DNA of 64,000 nucleotides from Candidatus Auribacterota bacterium (GTDB lineage Bacteria; Auribacterota; Ancaeobacteria; Ancaeobacterales; Ancaeobacteraceae): NCBI GenBank assembly GCA_022711655.1, contig JAKLEM010000005.1, positions 4,956 to 68,955 of the forward strand, read 5' to 3'. Shown piece by piece: positions 9,853 to 19,041 of this stretch (position 1 is its first letter; each line of letters starts with the position of its first letter). The notes under the pieces were generated by a model. It saw only the letters and a program-made list of their open reading frames with translations, ran no database searches and was not told where the DNA came from. The position numbers and the translations under genes were made by a program.

Positions 9853-10719
9853 CTATTCTCGGCCGGACGAGGCCGCACGCGCGCGGGCACGCTTCTGCCA
9901 GCCATATTTGACGTACCCGGTCAAAACGCCTGCCGCATACGCGCAATCGGCAGTAAAACCGATCAACCGCCCGTGGATGAGATGACCGGCCAGCCTGAGG
10001 GGATAGCGGAAGATCCGGTACGCCAGCCCCCGCCGTTCGACGAACTCACCCTCGCCCGTATGCGTTTCATATATGAACTCGGGGTGCATCAGCTGGATGT
10101 AGCTAGAGCCCTGACCGTTACGAAAAAACTTTTTAACGAATTTTCCGAACGTCGCCGGGGGCAGATGATAGAACCACGTATGGGGGATCAGCGCGACACG
10201 GTAACCGGCCCCGCGCAGGCGCATCCGCAAGTCGGGATCGAGCCCCCTGATGATATTCTCCCGCTCGCCGCCCACCGCAAAAAAGACGTCTTTCCTCAGG
10301 ATGCAGCAGCCGTGGAAGGCGAGGTCGCTGTCGGTGATCTCGCTGACCACCGGGGCGGCGTAGCGCGGGACCTCGATCATGACGCGGCGCTGGAGCCAGT
10401 TCGCCTTGTCCCAGACCACGACCGACGCGCCGCCCATGCCGATCTTCGGCTCTGACCTGACGGCGGCGACGAGACGCTCAAGGAGGGTATCGTGCCCCAG
10501 GAAAATGTCGTCGTCCATGATGACGATGTAGTCGCCTTTCGCTTCCCCGGCCGCATTATTGATCGCCCTCCCCTGCCGGTTGTCGCCGACCTTTATGATC
10601 ACCTCAAAATCCTGGTACGTCTGCGATTTGAGCTGCTCCAGCAATCGGGGCAGCATCCCGTCGCGCGAACCGTCTATAGACGGAATAAGTATCGAGGTTT
10701 CAGGGCGCTTCGCGTCCAT
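9853..10719 (-). CDS. Glycosyltransferase family 2
   Basis: SILIPS...FEVII, GRAINNAAGEAKGDYIVIMDDD (DxD) and DPDLRMRL. Confidence 0.85.
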   Translation of the reverse strand: MDAKRPETSILIPSIDGSRDGMLPRLLEQLKSQTYQDFEVIIKVGDNRQGRAINNAAGEAKGDYIVIMDDDIFLGHDTLLERLVAAVRSEPKIGMGGASVVVWDKANWLQRRVMIEVPRYAAPVVSEITDSDLAFHGCCILRKDVFFAVGGERENIIRGLDPDLRMRLRGAGYRVALIPHTWFYHLPPATFGKFVKKFFRNGQGSSYIQLMHPEFIYETHTGEGEFVERRGLAYRIFRYPLRLAGHLIHGRLIGFTADCAYAAGVLTGYVKYGWQKRARARAASSGRE

Positions 10720-10749
10720 CGTCTGTTCCTTTCTGCGGAATGAAGTGCG

Positions 10750-11856
10750 TTACGCTAACAGTGACTCGTACAAACGTTCATAGGCGGCCGCCATGGCCCG
10801 CAGCGAAAAACGCCCGAGCGCGGCACGGCGTCCCTCCGACCCGATCCGGCCGCGCAGCGCCGCATCGCCCGCCAGCCGCACAACGGCCTCGCCGAGCGCT
10901 GTCGCATCACCCGGCCGGACAAGCAGGCCGCTGACGCCGTCGGCGACCACTTCCGGTATGCCGCCGACGGCAGAAGCGACCACCGGCAGCCCGGCGCATA
11001 ACGCCTCAAGGACCGCGTTCGGCATGCCTTCGATCAGCGACGGAAAAACGAAAATATCGCTTGCGGCGAGCAGCCGGGGCACATCGTCCCGGCTGCCGGT
11101 GAACAGGAACCGTTCACTGATCCCCATCGCCGCTGCGGCCGACTTGACGGTATTATACAATGGACCGTCGCCCACGAGCACGAATTTAATACGGGGAACT
11201 TTCTCGATAATATGAGCCGACGCCTCCAGCAGCTGCAGATGCCCTTTCGACGCGCCGAAGTTCGCGACAGTGACGGCGACGGCAGCGTCAGCCGGCAATC
11301 CGAGGTCTCTCCTGGCAGAAGCCCGGTCGTGCGGGGCCGCGTAGAGCTCGGTATCTATCCCGTTCGGGATGACGCTCACCTTGGCGGGCGATATCCTCTC
11401 CTGCGCCAGCACGAATCTGCGGACGGCATCTGAATTCGCGACCACCTTGTCGACAAAGATATTCGCGAAGTCCTGGAACAAACGGTGGCGCGATCTCTTC
11501 CAGACGGCGCATTCGCGACGGCTTGAGACGATACCGCGCACGCCGGACAGCCTCCCGGCGATGTTCGGCAGAGCGTCAAAACCGAACATGCAGGTATGCA
11601 GTATCCCTGCGCCGTGCCGCGCGATGTCACGCGCGACCCGAAACACGATGCCGGGATCGTACGCCGAACGGAACCCGTAGACGTCAACGTCCACTCCCAG
11701 AGCCCGGATACGCTCCGCGACGACACCGCCGCTCCGGACGCACGCGACGCGCGGCGCAAAACGGCTCCGGTCGATATTGCCGATCAGCGCGCTGAACTGC
11801 AGCTCGGAACCGCCGACCGGCAACGCCGGCAGGACATACAGGACAGGCACGCTCAC
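10750..11856 (-). CDS. Glycosyltransferase family 4 (GT-B)
   Basis: GGSE at the N-terminus, VIPNGIDT, and FVFPSLIEGMPNAVLEALCAGLPVVASAVGG (Ex7E). Confidence 0.9.
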   Translation of the reverse strand: MSVPVLYVLPALPVGGSELQFSALIGNIDRSRFAPRVACVRSGGVVAERIRALGVDVDVYGFRSAYDPGIVFRVARDIARHGAGILHTCMFGFDALPNIAGRLSGVRGIVSSRRECAVWKRSRHRLFQDFANIFVDKVVANSDAVRRFVLAQERISPAKVSVIPNGIDTELYAAPHDRASARRDLGLPADAAVAVTVANFGASKGHLQLLEASAHIIEKVPRIKFVLVGDGPLYNTVKSAAAAMGISERFLFTGSRDDVPRLLAASDIFVFPSLIEGMPNAVLEALCAGLPVVASAVGGIPEVVADGVSGLLVRPGDATALGEAVVRLAGDAALRGRIGSEGRRAALGRFSLRAMAAAYERLYESLLA

Positions 11857-12977
11857 CCGCTCACCTCCTTGAGCATCCCCGTATAGACATCGTGCAGGAC
11901 GGTGAGGAAGCGAATAACGTTGTCTTCGAGCGCATAGGAGCGGTGGACTGTCTTGAATCCCTCCCGCACAAAAAGCGTGCGGAGATGCTGATCGACGGCA
12001 AGCCGGCAGATCGCTTCAACCCACTGCTCCTGCGTTTTGGCAAGGAAGCCGTTCAGGCCGTCCTCGATCATATCGGCATTGACCCCGACCGGAGAGGCGA
12101 CGACGGGAACGCCCAGCGACATATAGAGCAGCAGCTTCAGGCCGCACTTCCCCATGCTCCACTTGTCGTCGTCCAGCGGCATGATGCCTATATCAAACGA
12201 GCTGATGAGCCGCGCCTCTCTGGAAAGGGACCACTTCTCGAAAAAAACCGGTATGTTTCGGAATCGGCTGAGCTCTATGCCGTGGAGATCCGAGCTGACG
12301 ATCTTCAGGCAGAACCGCCGGTCTCTTTTATACAGCTCCTCGAGCACCGGCGCGAACGCGTTCAGGTATGCATTCGTACCCCGCCCGCCGGACCAGCCGA
12401 CGACTATGACCGGCTTTTCCGAGAGATCCTCATCACGCTGTTGGGCGGCCTCCTCTCTCGCCATGCTGACCGATGTCGGGATCATCGAGACATTCCGATT
12501 GAGCGTCCGGGCGAAATCCGCCAGGTACTCGTTGCCGGCTATCACGGCGGCGCTGCGGCGTATGATCCATGATACCTGGCCGGTATCCTGGAAAGATGAC
12601 AGCGGCCACGGCAAAACCGACGGCGGCCCGTATTGAACGGCATCGTCGAAATCATATATGACGGTCCCGTTCAGCATGAAAAGCAGGGGCGCCAAGCCGC
12701 GCAGATAGGTCCCCGTAACGGCCTTCTGAAGGAAAACGACGTCATACTGCCACGCGGTCAGTATCTGCGCCGTTCGGAACAGGGCCTCAATGACCGTGTA
12801 GGCACGCTGGCGCCATGCGCTCCGGGACTGATAGAGGCGTTCGAAGAGCCACGCCGGTACGGCCGGACGGACGACATATTCAATTTCCGATTCCTCAAGA
12901 TACGGCAGATACTGATACACCCGAAACCTGCTGCTCGGCTGAGGATCAGGATACAGAGCGAGGATCAAGAGTCTCAT
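11853..12977 (-). CDS. Glycosyltransferase family 4
   Basis: SSRFRVYQY, YDFDDA, DIGIMPL...GKCGLKLLLYMSLGVPVVASPVGVN. Confidence 0.88.
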   Translation of the reverse strand: MRLLILALYPDPQPSSRFRVYQYLPYLEESEIEYVVRPAVPAWLFERLYQSRSAWRQRAYTVIEALFRTAQILTAWQYDVVFLQKAVTGTYLRGLAPLLFMLNGTVIYDFDDAVQYGPPSVLPWPLSSFQDTGQVSWIIRRSAAVIAGNEYLADFARTLNRNVSMIPTSVSMAREEAAQQRDEDLSEKPVIVVGWSGGRGTNAYLNAFAPVLEELYKRDRRFCLKIVSSDLHGIELSRFRNIPVFFEKWSLSREARLISSFDIGIMPLDDDKWSMGKCGLKLLLYMSLGVPVVASPVGVNADMIEDGLNGFLAKTQEQWVEAICRLAVDQHLRTLFVREGFKTVHRSYALEDNVIRFLTVLHDVYTGMLKEVSG

Positions 12978-13884
12978 AGCGACATCCTTCCAAAGCGAGG
13001 ACGGCGGCCTGATAGACCGTCTCGACCGACAACCGGGACATGCAATACGCCTCCCGCATCGGGCACCGGCCGGGAACGGTCATGATGCCGCGGGACCAGC
13101 AGCCGAGGCACGCCAGCTCGGATTCCCCGACCGGGTAGAAGTTGCGGCGCGGCTCGATGATCGTAGACGGAAGCACCGGACCGAACAGCCCGACGGCGCT
13201 CCGCCCGAGGGCAAGCGCCGCGTGAAGCGCCGCGGTGTCGTTGCCGATGAACATGGCAGAGCGCTTCAGGACATAGAGCAGCTGCGAGACGTCGGTCTTC
13301 CCCACCAGATCAAGCCCCTCAGCCGCGCAGCGCTCCGCAACCCCGACATGGACGAAGGCGACCGGGTAGGCGTCGGCAATCCTCCGGCACAGCGCGTCAT
13401 AATTCGGGAGCGGCCAGTTCTTGCAGGCCCAACTGCTTTCCGCGCATACGGCGATGACGATCCGCCCCGCATTATCCGCGCGCCAACTGTCGTACGGATC
13501 GAACGCGCCGCACGAGACCGCGGCGATCTTCGGCACCCTGTCCTCGACAGGGAAACCGAGGATACTCTCGAGGTAGCCGTATCTATTCACTCGCGGATCG
13601 GTCCGCCTGAGGTCGTAGAGCCTGTCGCACACCGGGAGATGCGGATTGACCTCGTCAACGAACGGAGACCCGCATAAGAGCTCCTTGAAATTCACCGATA
13701 CGGTGATACGGCCATCCGGATATCTCCTGCGCGCGGCCTGATAGACGGGGATCGTCGACACTTCGTCGCCGAGCCTCCACGAAAGGTCGAAATGCACTCG
13801 AAAAGGCAGCCTGAGAGCTTTGCGGAGCGAGAAGCGGCCATAGCGCATTATCCGGGATGTTATGCGAGCAAAAGACATACCCAT
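12946..13884 (-). CDS. Glycosyltransferase family 9 (heptosyltransferase-like)
   Basis: WRLGDEV...AARRRYPDGRITV, KNWPLPNY, DLVGKT, FIGNDTAALHAALALG and GLFGP. Start revised to MGMSF at 13884. Confidence 0.82.
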   Translation of the reverse strand: MGMSFARITSRIMRYGRFSLRKALRLPFRVHFDLSWRLGDEVSTIPVYQAARRRYPDGRITVSVNFKELLCGSPFVDEVNPHLPVCDRLYDLRRTDPRVNRYGYLESILGFPVEDRVPKIAAVSCGAFDPYDSWRADNAGRIVIAVCAESSWACKNWPLPNYDALCRRIADAYPVAFVHVGVAERCAAEGLDLVGKTDVSQLLYVLKRSAMFIGNDTAALHAALALGRSAVGLFGPVLPSTIIEPRRNFYPVGESELACLGCWSRGIMTVPGRCPMREAYCMSRLSVETVYQAAVLALEGCRYETLDPRSVS

Positions 13885-13888
13885 CTTG

Positions 13889-15286
13889 TTATTGTGCGAA
13901 ATCCGGAGGTGAAAGGGCCTTCTCCCCGGATTCGGCGTCTCCGGATCGCTCAAGGACCAGGGCTCGATAGACAAAACAGAGCAGCCCCACATGGACGTAG
14001 AACGGCTGCATCGTCCTGATAAGGATGAAGGTGGACATCGACATGCCGTTTACAATGTAGCCGATCGTCCCCGCAAAAAAACCGATGGAGACGTTCCTGA
14101 TGAAGGGATCTTTCGTCTGCATGAACACACGTACGGTTATGAACAAAATAAGCCCGATGATAAGAAGGAATATTGCCAACCCTATGGTCCCGACGGTCGC
14201 GAGCTCCATGAAATACTGATTATCGACGCCGCCCAGGTCGAAAGAGCCCGGCCCCATGCCCAGCAGCGGCCGTTTCTGCCATCGGTATAGCGCCCTGGTC
14301 CACATGCCGAGCCTGTCGTCCCAGGCCTCAACGCGCACATCCGATCCGGGCGTCACGATGCTGCCGATGGTAAGGATCCGGTCCATGATCTCCGGCGGAA
14401 GGACAAACTTCATCATGAGGAGAAAGACCGCTATGGGGAGGAATATGATCCGGTGCCCTTTGAAACAGGCGATAACGATCATGCTCGCCAGCATGGCGAC
14501 GTAGCCGCCTCGAGAGAACGTGAGCGCGAACGGAATAAAGATGAGCAGGATCAGCAGGTAGAGCGGGAACGATTTCCAGAACGAGCCCTTGTAGTTGAAT
14601 ATCATCCCGACGGCGAGAGACATATGCATCACGAAATAGGCAGCTATGGTGTTCGCCTCGCCGACGTCGAACGGGCCGGCGAACCTGCCGACGACCTGCC
14701 CGGTGCCGATCATGTAGAGGCCCCATATGCACGTCGTGCCGCAGACCAGCAGCGATACGATGAAGAACATCTTGACGTCGCGGAGAGACTCGATGCTGTT
14801 CACCACCAGGAAGAAAATACATATGTATTCTATTTTCTTTCCGGTAAAGAGCAGGGTGATGCGCGGGTTCACCGTCTCGTTATAGACGCCGTTCAACGAC
14901 GAAAAGATATTGAAAAAGATATACAGCACCAGGAGGAAATTGAGCGGGGTCTTCCGCCATGTCCCTTTCTCGGCGACGAACGCCATCCGGGCAAGCCATG
15001 CGATGAAAATCGTGATAATGATGATATCGTCGAGCCGGAACGTCACGCCTCTGCCGCCGACATTCCCGGCGCCGGCAAGAACCTCCGGCGAGAAGATGGT
15101 GAAGAACAGGAGGACGAAGAGGCCTATGCGAACCTCGTATATCGTCGCGATGAAAAGGACAAGGAGGCCGGCCACGCCGGCGATATACATCGGCGAATAG
15201 ATATTGATCGTATATCCCGCAAAAAGCAGGAACGCCGCGATGAGCACGAGGCCGAAGACGATGACTGGCTGGAGATGCGATCTCAT
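13889..15286 (-). CDS. O-antigen ligase / Wzy-like polymerase
   Basis: About 12 TM segments, RFAGPF...N, LTFSRGGY, periplasmic loop RLGMW...RPLLGMG and DNQYFMEL. Confidence 0.8.
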   Translation of the reverse strand: MRSHLQPVIVFGLVLIAAFLLFAGYTINIYSPMYIAGVAGLLVLFIATIYEVRIGLFVLLFFTIFSPEVLAGAGNVGGRGVTFRLDDIIIITIFIAWLARMAFVAEKGTWRKTPLNFLLVLYIFFNIFSSLNGVYNETVNPRITLLFTGKKIEYICIFFLVVNSIESLRDVKMFFIVSLLVCGTTCIWGLYMIGTGQVVGRFAGPFDVGEANTIAAYFVMHMSLAVGMIFNYKGSFWKSFPLYLLILLIFIPFALTFSRGGYVAMLASMIVIACFKGHRIIFLPIAVFLLMMKFVLPPEIMDRILTIGSIVTPGSDVRVEAWDDRLGMWTRALYRWQKRPLLGMGPGSFDLGGVDNQYFMELATVGTIGLAIFLLIIGLILFITVRVFMQTKDPFIRNVSIGFFAGTIGYIVNGMSMSTFILIRTMQPFYVHVGLLCFVYRALVLERSGDAESGEKALSPPDFAQ

Positions 15287-15295
15287 TGCGATAGC

Positions 15296-15324
15296 AAAAA
15301 AGGGACAGAGATGCCTCTGCCCCT
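15296..15324 (-). terminator. Intrinsic terminator-like hairpin between the tyrosine kinase and wzy
   Basis: Minus strand reads AGGGGCAGAG-GCAT-CTCTGTCCCT followed by a T-run; 10-bp stem with one G-U pair. Confidence 0.55.
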
Positions 15325-15352
15325 CTCATCCCTTTCTGTTTGTCTCAGGATC

Positions 15353-16087
15353 TCATTCTTTCTTTCGGTGAGCGCGCTTATCGGCGCTGTAATAGTAGTA
15401 GTAATAGCCTTCCCTGGTCACGTCAACCGCGTTAAAGACGACGCCGAGGACTTTCGCGTTGATCTTGCGCAGCAGGCTCACCGAACGCTGGGCGGCTTCG
15501 CGGGGCGTTTTGTCCGCCAGAATGACGACAAGCACGCCGTCGACCATCGTCGACAGGATCGACGCGTCGGTGACCGACAGTATCGACGCGGAATCGAAAA
15601 GCACGACGTCGAAGAAAGCCGTCTGCTCCTTGATCAGCTCTTTCATCTTGTCGCCGCCGATCAGCTCCGAAGGGTTCTTCGGGATATGGCCGGCCGTGAT
15701 AACGGACAGGTTGTCTATCCCCGTCTTCACCAGGACCTTGTCCCACGTCATGTTGCCCCGCAGGACGTCCGACAACCCCGGGTCCTTCTCGATATTGAAC
15801 ATCGCGTGCAACGCGGGACGGCGCATGTCGGTGTCGACCAGCAGGACGTTGTTGCCGATCTCGGCCAGGGTGATCGCCAGGTTGACGATGGTAAGCGTCT
15901 TCCCCTCCTCCGGCCGGCAGCTCGTCACAAGGATGGTCTTGAGGCTCTTATCCTTGTTCACGTAATACAGGTTGGTCCGCAGCGTCCGGTACGCCTCTGC
16001 GATAGGCGAGCGCGGATCGCAGTGCATGATGATCTTCGACGAGATGTACTGCTCATCCTTTTTAAACTGTTCTTTCATTTCTTCCAT
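15353..16087 (-). CDS. CpsD/CapB-type BY tyrosine kinase (stand-alone Wzc kinase domain)
   Basis: EAYRTLRTNL, Walker A variant TSCRPEEGKT, Walker A' VDTDMRRP, Walker B VLFDS and a C-terminal tyrosine cluster GYYYYYY. Confidence 0.93.
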   Translation of the reverse strand: MEEMKEQFKKDEQYISSKIIMHCDPRSPIAEAYRTLRTNLYYVNKDKSLKTILVTSCRPEEGKTLTIVNLAITLAEIGNNVLLVDTDMRRPALHAMFNIEKDPGLSDVLRGNMTWDKVLVKTGIDNLSVITAGHIPKNPSELIGGDKMKELIKEQTAFFDVVLFDSASILSVTDASILSTMVDGVLVVILADKTPREAAQRSVSLLRKINAKVLGVVFNAVDVTREGYYYYYYSADKRAHRKKE

Positions 16088-16090
16088 GGA

Positions 16091-17554
16091 TCACCTCTGC
16101 AGTGACTTTTCAGATACCAGCGTTTCGCGCACCGCGATCTTGGGAATGACGCCAAGCACGTGGAGCCCCATATATTTCTCCACTTCGCCGATACTCTTCA
16201 GCGAGGTGTCAAGATGTTCGAGAAGGAACGCCATGCCGACGCCGATAAAGAAGCCCAGGAAGGCCCCCAGGATCCCCTTGTGCGTCTTGGAGACCCGTAT
16301 GCTTTCGCGCGGCTCGACCGCGGGGTCGACGATACGGACATTCCCCGTTTCCATGGATTCGGCGATCTTGATCTCTTCGAGCTTGCTGAGGAGCAGCATG
16401 TAGGTTTCCTCAGCGGTCTTCATTTGCCGTGAAAGGCGCAGGTAGACGCCCTTCTTGTCGGCCAGCTCCCCTATCTCCGACGAATACTCGGACATCTGTT
16501 TCTTGAGCGCGTCTTCGCGGATCTTGAGGCTCTTGACCTCGACCTCGAGCTCGATATGCTTCAGGATCAGCGACTGATACGACGACCAGCCGTCCGTAAG
16601 GGGAACGCCCTGCGACGCCACCTTGCTGAACTCTTCTTTCAGCCGGTCGACCATCATCTGGATCTCGGCTTTCAGCCTCACCACGTCGGGATGCTTTTCC
16701 GTATATTCGCGAAGCATCAGAGAGCGCTGCAGCTCGAACTGAGCAAGGCGCGAGCGGAGACCCTCTATCAGCGGCGACTGAATGTTCGCTATAGACGGCA
16801 CCGCCGAGACGTTCAGGTCGTTCAGCTGCTTTTCTATCCCCTTCAGTTTCGCCTCGGCGATCTCACGCTCGAGTTTTGTGTTCAGGAATTGCGTTTCGAT
16901 CGTGGAGACCATGGCGATCTCTTTTTCGATCGTGGTGTACTTCTCCTGGGACTTGAACTTCGTCAGCTCATCCTCGGCCTCGCGCAGCCTCTTGGCAAAG
17001 ACATCGACCTGTTTCTCGATGAATTGCCGCGCGGTCTGCGTTTCCCGGCTGCTTTCCGTAATGCTCTGAGAGACGAATACCTTCGCGACGGTGTTGGCGA
17101 TATCCCTCGCCTTGACGGGGTCCTCGGACCGGGCCTTGATGACGAGCAGGTTGGTGGTGCCGATCCTGCTCACGGAAATGCTTCGCCTGATCAGCGTCGC
17201 CGCGTTGTCCGCGTTCAGCCATTCAGCGGCGATGCCGCGCTCCTTGATCGCCTGCATCATATGCAGCCTGAGCAGGTTGACCGCCCCCTCGGCTACCGTC
17301 CTGCTGGTGATAAGCTCGGCCTGCGTTTCGAGCTGAGAGCTTTTCAGCGGCGATGACAGCCCCTTCAAAAGCGGCGTGGCCGACGCGGGCTGCTCGATCA
17401 GGACCGTCGTGAACGCCTCGTAGATCGGCTCCGGCGTCGGGGCGAAGATCATCGAGGAGATCGTCACCGTGATCATACACAGGATGACGACCCATTTCCT
17501 TTTATACAGAATCAGCAGATAATCGCGCAGTGTGATTTCACGAATATCGACCAC
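16091..17554 (-). CDS. Polysaccharide co-polymerase (GumC/Wzz/Wzc N-terminal part)
   Basis: ITLRDYLLIL-TM1, long periplasmic coiled coil, IVDPAVEP, then TM2 with GxxG, LLEHLDTSLKS and LGVIP. Confidence 0.9.
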   Translation of the reverse strand: MVDIREITLRDYLLILYKRKWVVILCMITVTISSMIFAPTPEPIYEAFTTVLIEQPASATPLLKGLSSPLKSSQLETQAELITSRTVAEGAVNLLRLHMMQAIKERGIAAEWLNADNAATLIRRSISVSRIGTTNLLVIKARSEDPVKARDIANTVAKVFVSQSITESSRETQTARQFIEKQVDVFAKRLREAEDELTKFKSQEKYTTIEKEIAMVSTIETQFLNTKLEREIAEAKLKGIEKQLNDLNVSAVPSIANIQSPLIEGLRSRLAQFELQRSLMLREYTEKHPDVVRLKAEIQMMVDRLKEEFSKVASQGVPLTDGWSSYQSLILKHIELEVEVKSLKIREDALKKQMSEYSSEIGELADKKGVYLRLSRQMKTAEETYMLLLSKLEEIKIAESMETGNVRIVDPAVEPRESIRVSKTHKGILGAFLGFFIGVGMAFLLEHLDTSLKSIGEVEKYMGLHVLGVIPKIAVRETLVSEKSLQR

Positions 17555-17579
17555 GGTTCATCCTTTCGTATATTGAAGC

Positions 17580-19037
17580 TTAATTCTCTGACTTCTTCTT
17601 CTGGCCCCACTTCTCATCAAAGAAGAACGGGGCGCAATCCGGCTTTGTCTTCATGATACGTTCTTTAACCGCTTCCGCTTTCTTGCCTGTATCGGCGATC
17701 ACGCCGTCGTCGACGATGCGCGGGGTGACAAAGATCAGCAGTTCGGTCTTCTCGGTATCTTTCGACTGGGTCCTAAAGAAGGTTCCGACGAACGGCATGT
17801 CGCCGAGCACCGGCACCTTGCGGGCGTTGTTGACGGTGCGTTCGTTGATCATGCCGCCGATCACCAGCGTGCCGTTGTTCATCACGTTCACCTGCGTCGA
17901 CGTGCGCCTCGCGACGCGTATCGGGATATTCTCGACGAAGCCCTGGATGAACGACACCTCCGGCTCGATCAGGATGTTCACCATGCCGTTCTCTTTGATC
18001 GACGGCAATACCGGCATCATGATCCCGTAATCGAGGAATTTCGTGGTGAAAACGTAGCTGTTCGCGCCCAGCACGATACCGCTGCCGGACAGCTCACGGT
18101 ACGGGTACGATGTGACGATCTGGATATTCGCTTTCTGGTTGTTCTCGACGATGATCTTCGGGCGCGCAAGGATTTTCGCCTTGTTGAGATCGATCAGCGC
18201 GTTCACGTACGCCGAATATTTATTTTTACCGATCACCTTGCCGAAAAAGAAATTTCCGCCGTCGCCGAGCTGCGGGAGGAGCACGTCGCTTACCGTCAGA
18301 ACGTTCCTTCCGATATTTCCGCTGCCCGCCGAAATGGCGGCCGGCAACGCGATCGGACGGTTGTATTTACCGAAGAAATCATCCCGGGATATGTGCTGCA
18401 TGAAGTAATCGATCGTCATGTCGCGCTGATCGGTCACCGTCAGCTCGACGATCTCCGCTTCGATGAGCACCTGCCGCGTCTTCTTCTCCATGGAGTCGAG
18501 CTGATCGACTATCTTGGCGACCGCATCGATCGAGGACTGCGAATCGCTCACGATGATCGAGTTGCTGCTCTTGTCCGCGGCGATGGTGCCGTGCGACGAG
18601 ACGGCGCCCCGGAGGCTGTCGACCAGGGCGACGGCATCGGAGTTCTTCAACGGGAACACCTTGATCGTCCTCGCGCCTTCCTCGTCTGTCGCCGTCGCGG
18701 TGCCGGTAGACATGCCGAAGGCGGGGCTGACATCGACCTCGGGGTCCTTGATATAGTCGCTCAGGGCCGTGGTGACCATCTCGCGGAACTTCGACATCGA
18801 CAGGCCATCGACCTTGATCTTGCCGATAAGGGGGATGTCGATCTCGCCGTCGGCGTTCACGGTCACGACGCGGTCCATGTCGCTGTGTCGCTTGACGGTT
18901 ATCATGATGCTTTCGCCTTTGGATATGACCTTGTCGCCCGTCCCTTCCTGCGCGCGCACGCCGCCGCACAACATCATCGACATCGCCGCCACGACGGCCG
19001 CGACTAACCGTACCCTGTGCATTAATTCACGCTTCAT
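17580..19037 (-). CDS. Fusion of a polysaccharide export (Poly_export/OPX D1) domain, a secretin N3 domain and a secretin core
   Basis: Signal peptide ending VRA. OPX-like GESIMITV...VTVNADGEIDIPLIGKIKVDGL...YIKDPEVDV. N3-like IKVFPLKNSDA...DKSSNSIIV...IVDQLD. Secretin motifs QVLIEAEIVE, KILARPKI, TLVIGG, KVPVLGDMPFVGTFFR and TELLIFVTPRIV. Start revised to 19037. Confidence 0.85.
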   Translation of the reverse strand: MKRELMHRVRLVAAVVAAMSMMLCGGVRAQEGTGDKVISKGESIMITVKRHSDMDRVVTVNADGEIDIPLIGKIKVDGLSMSKFREMVTTALSDYIKDPEVDVSPAFGMSTGTATATDEEGARTIKVFPLKNSDAVALVDSLRGAVSSHGTIAADKSSNSIIVSDSQSSIDAVAKIVDQLDSMEKKTRQVLIEAEIVELTVTDQRDMTIDYFMQHISRDDFFGKYNRPIALPAAISAGSGNIGRNVLTVSDVLLPQLGDGGNFFFGKVIGKNKYSAYVNALIDLNKAKILARPKIIVENNQKANIQIVTSYPYRELSGSGIVLGANSYVFTTKFLDYGIMMPVLPSIKENGMVNILIEPEVSFIQGFVENIPIRVARRTSTQVNVMNNGTLVIGGMINERTVNNARKVPVLGDMPFVGTFFRTQSKDTEKTELLIFVTPRIVDDGVIADTGKKAEAVKERIMKTKPDCAPFFFDEKWGQKKKSEN

Positions 19038-19041
19038 CGTC

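Noticed and set aside
17580-19037. Type II secretion or type IV pilus system
   Set aside because: No ATPase, platform protein, pilins or prepilin peptidase are in the window. The secretin's context is polysaccharide export.
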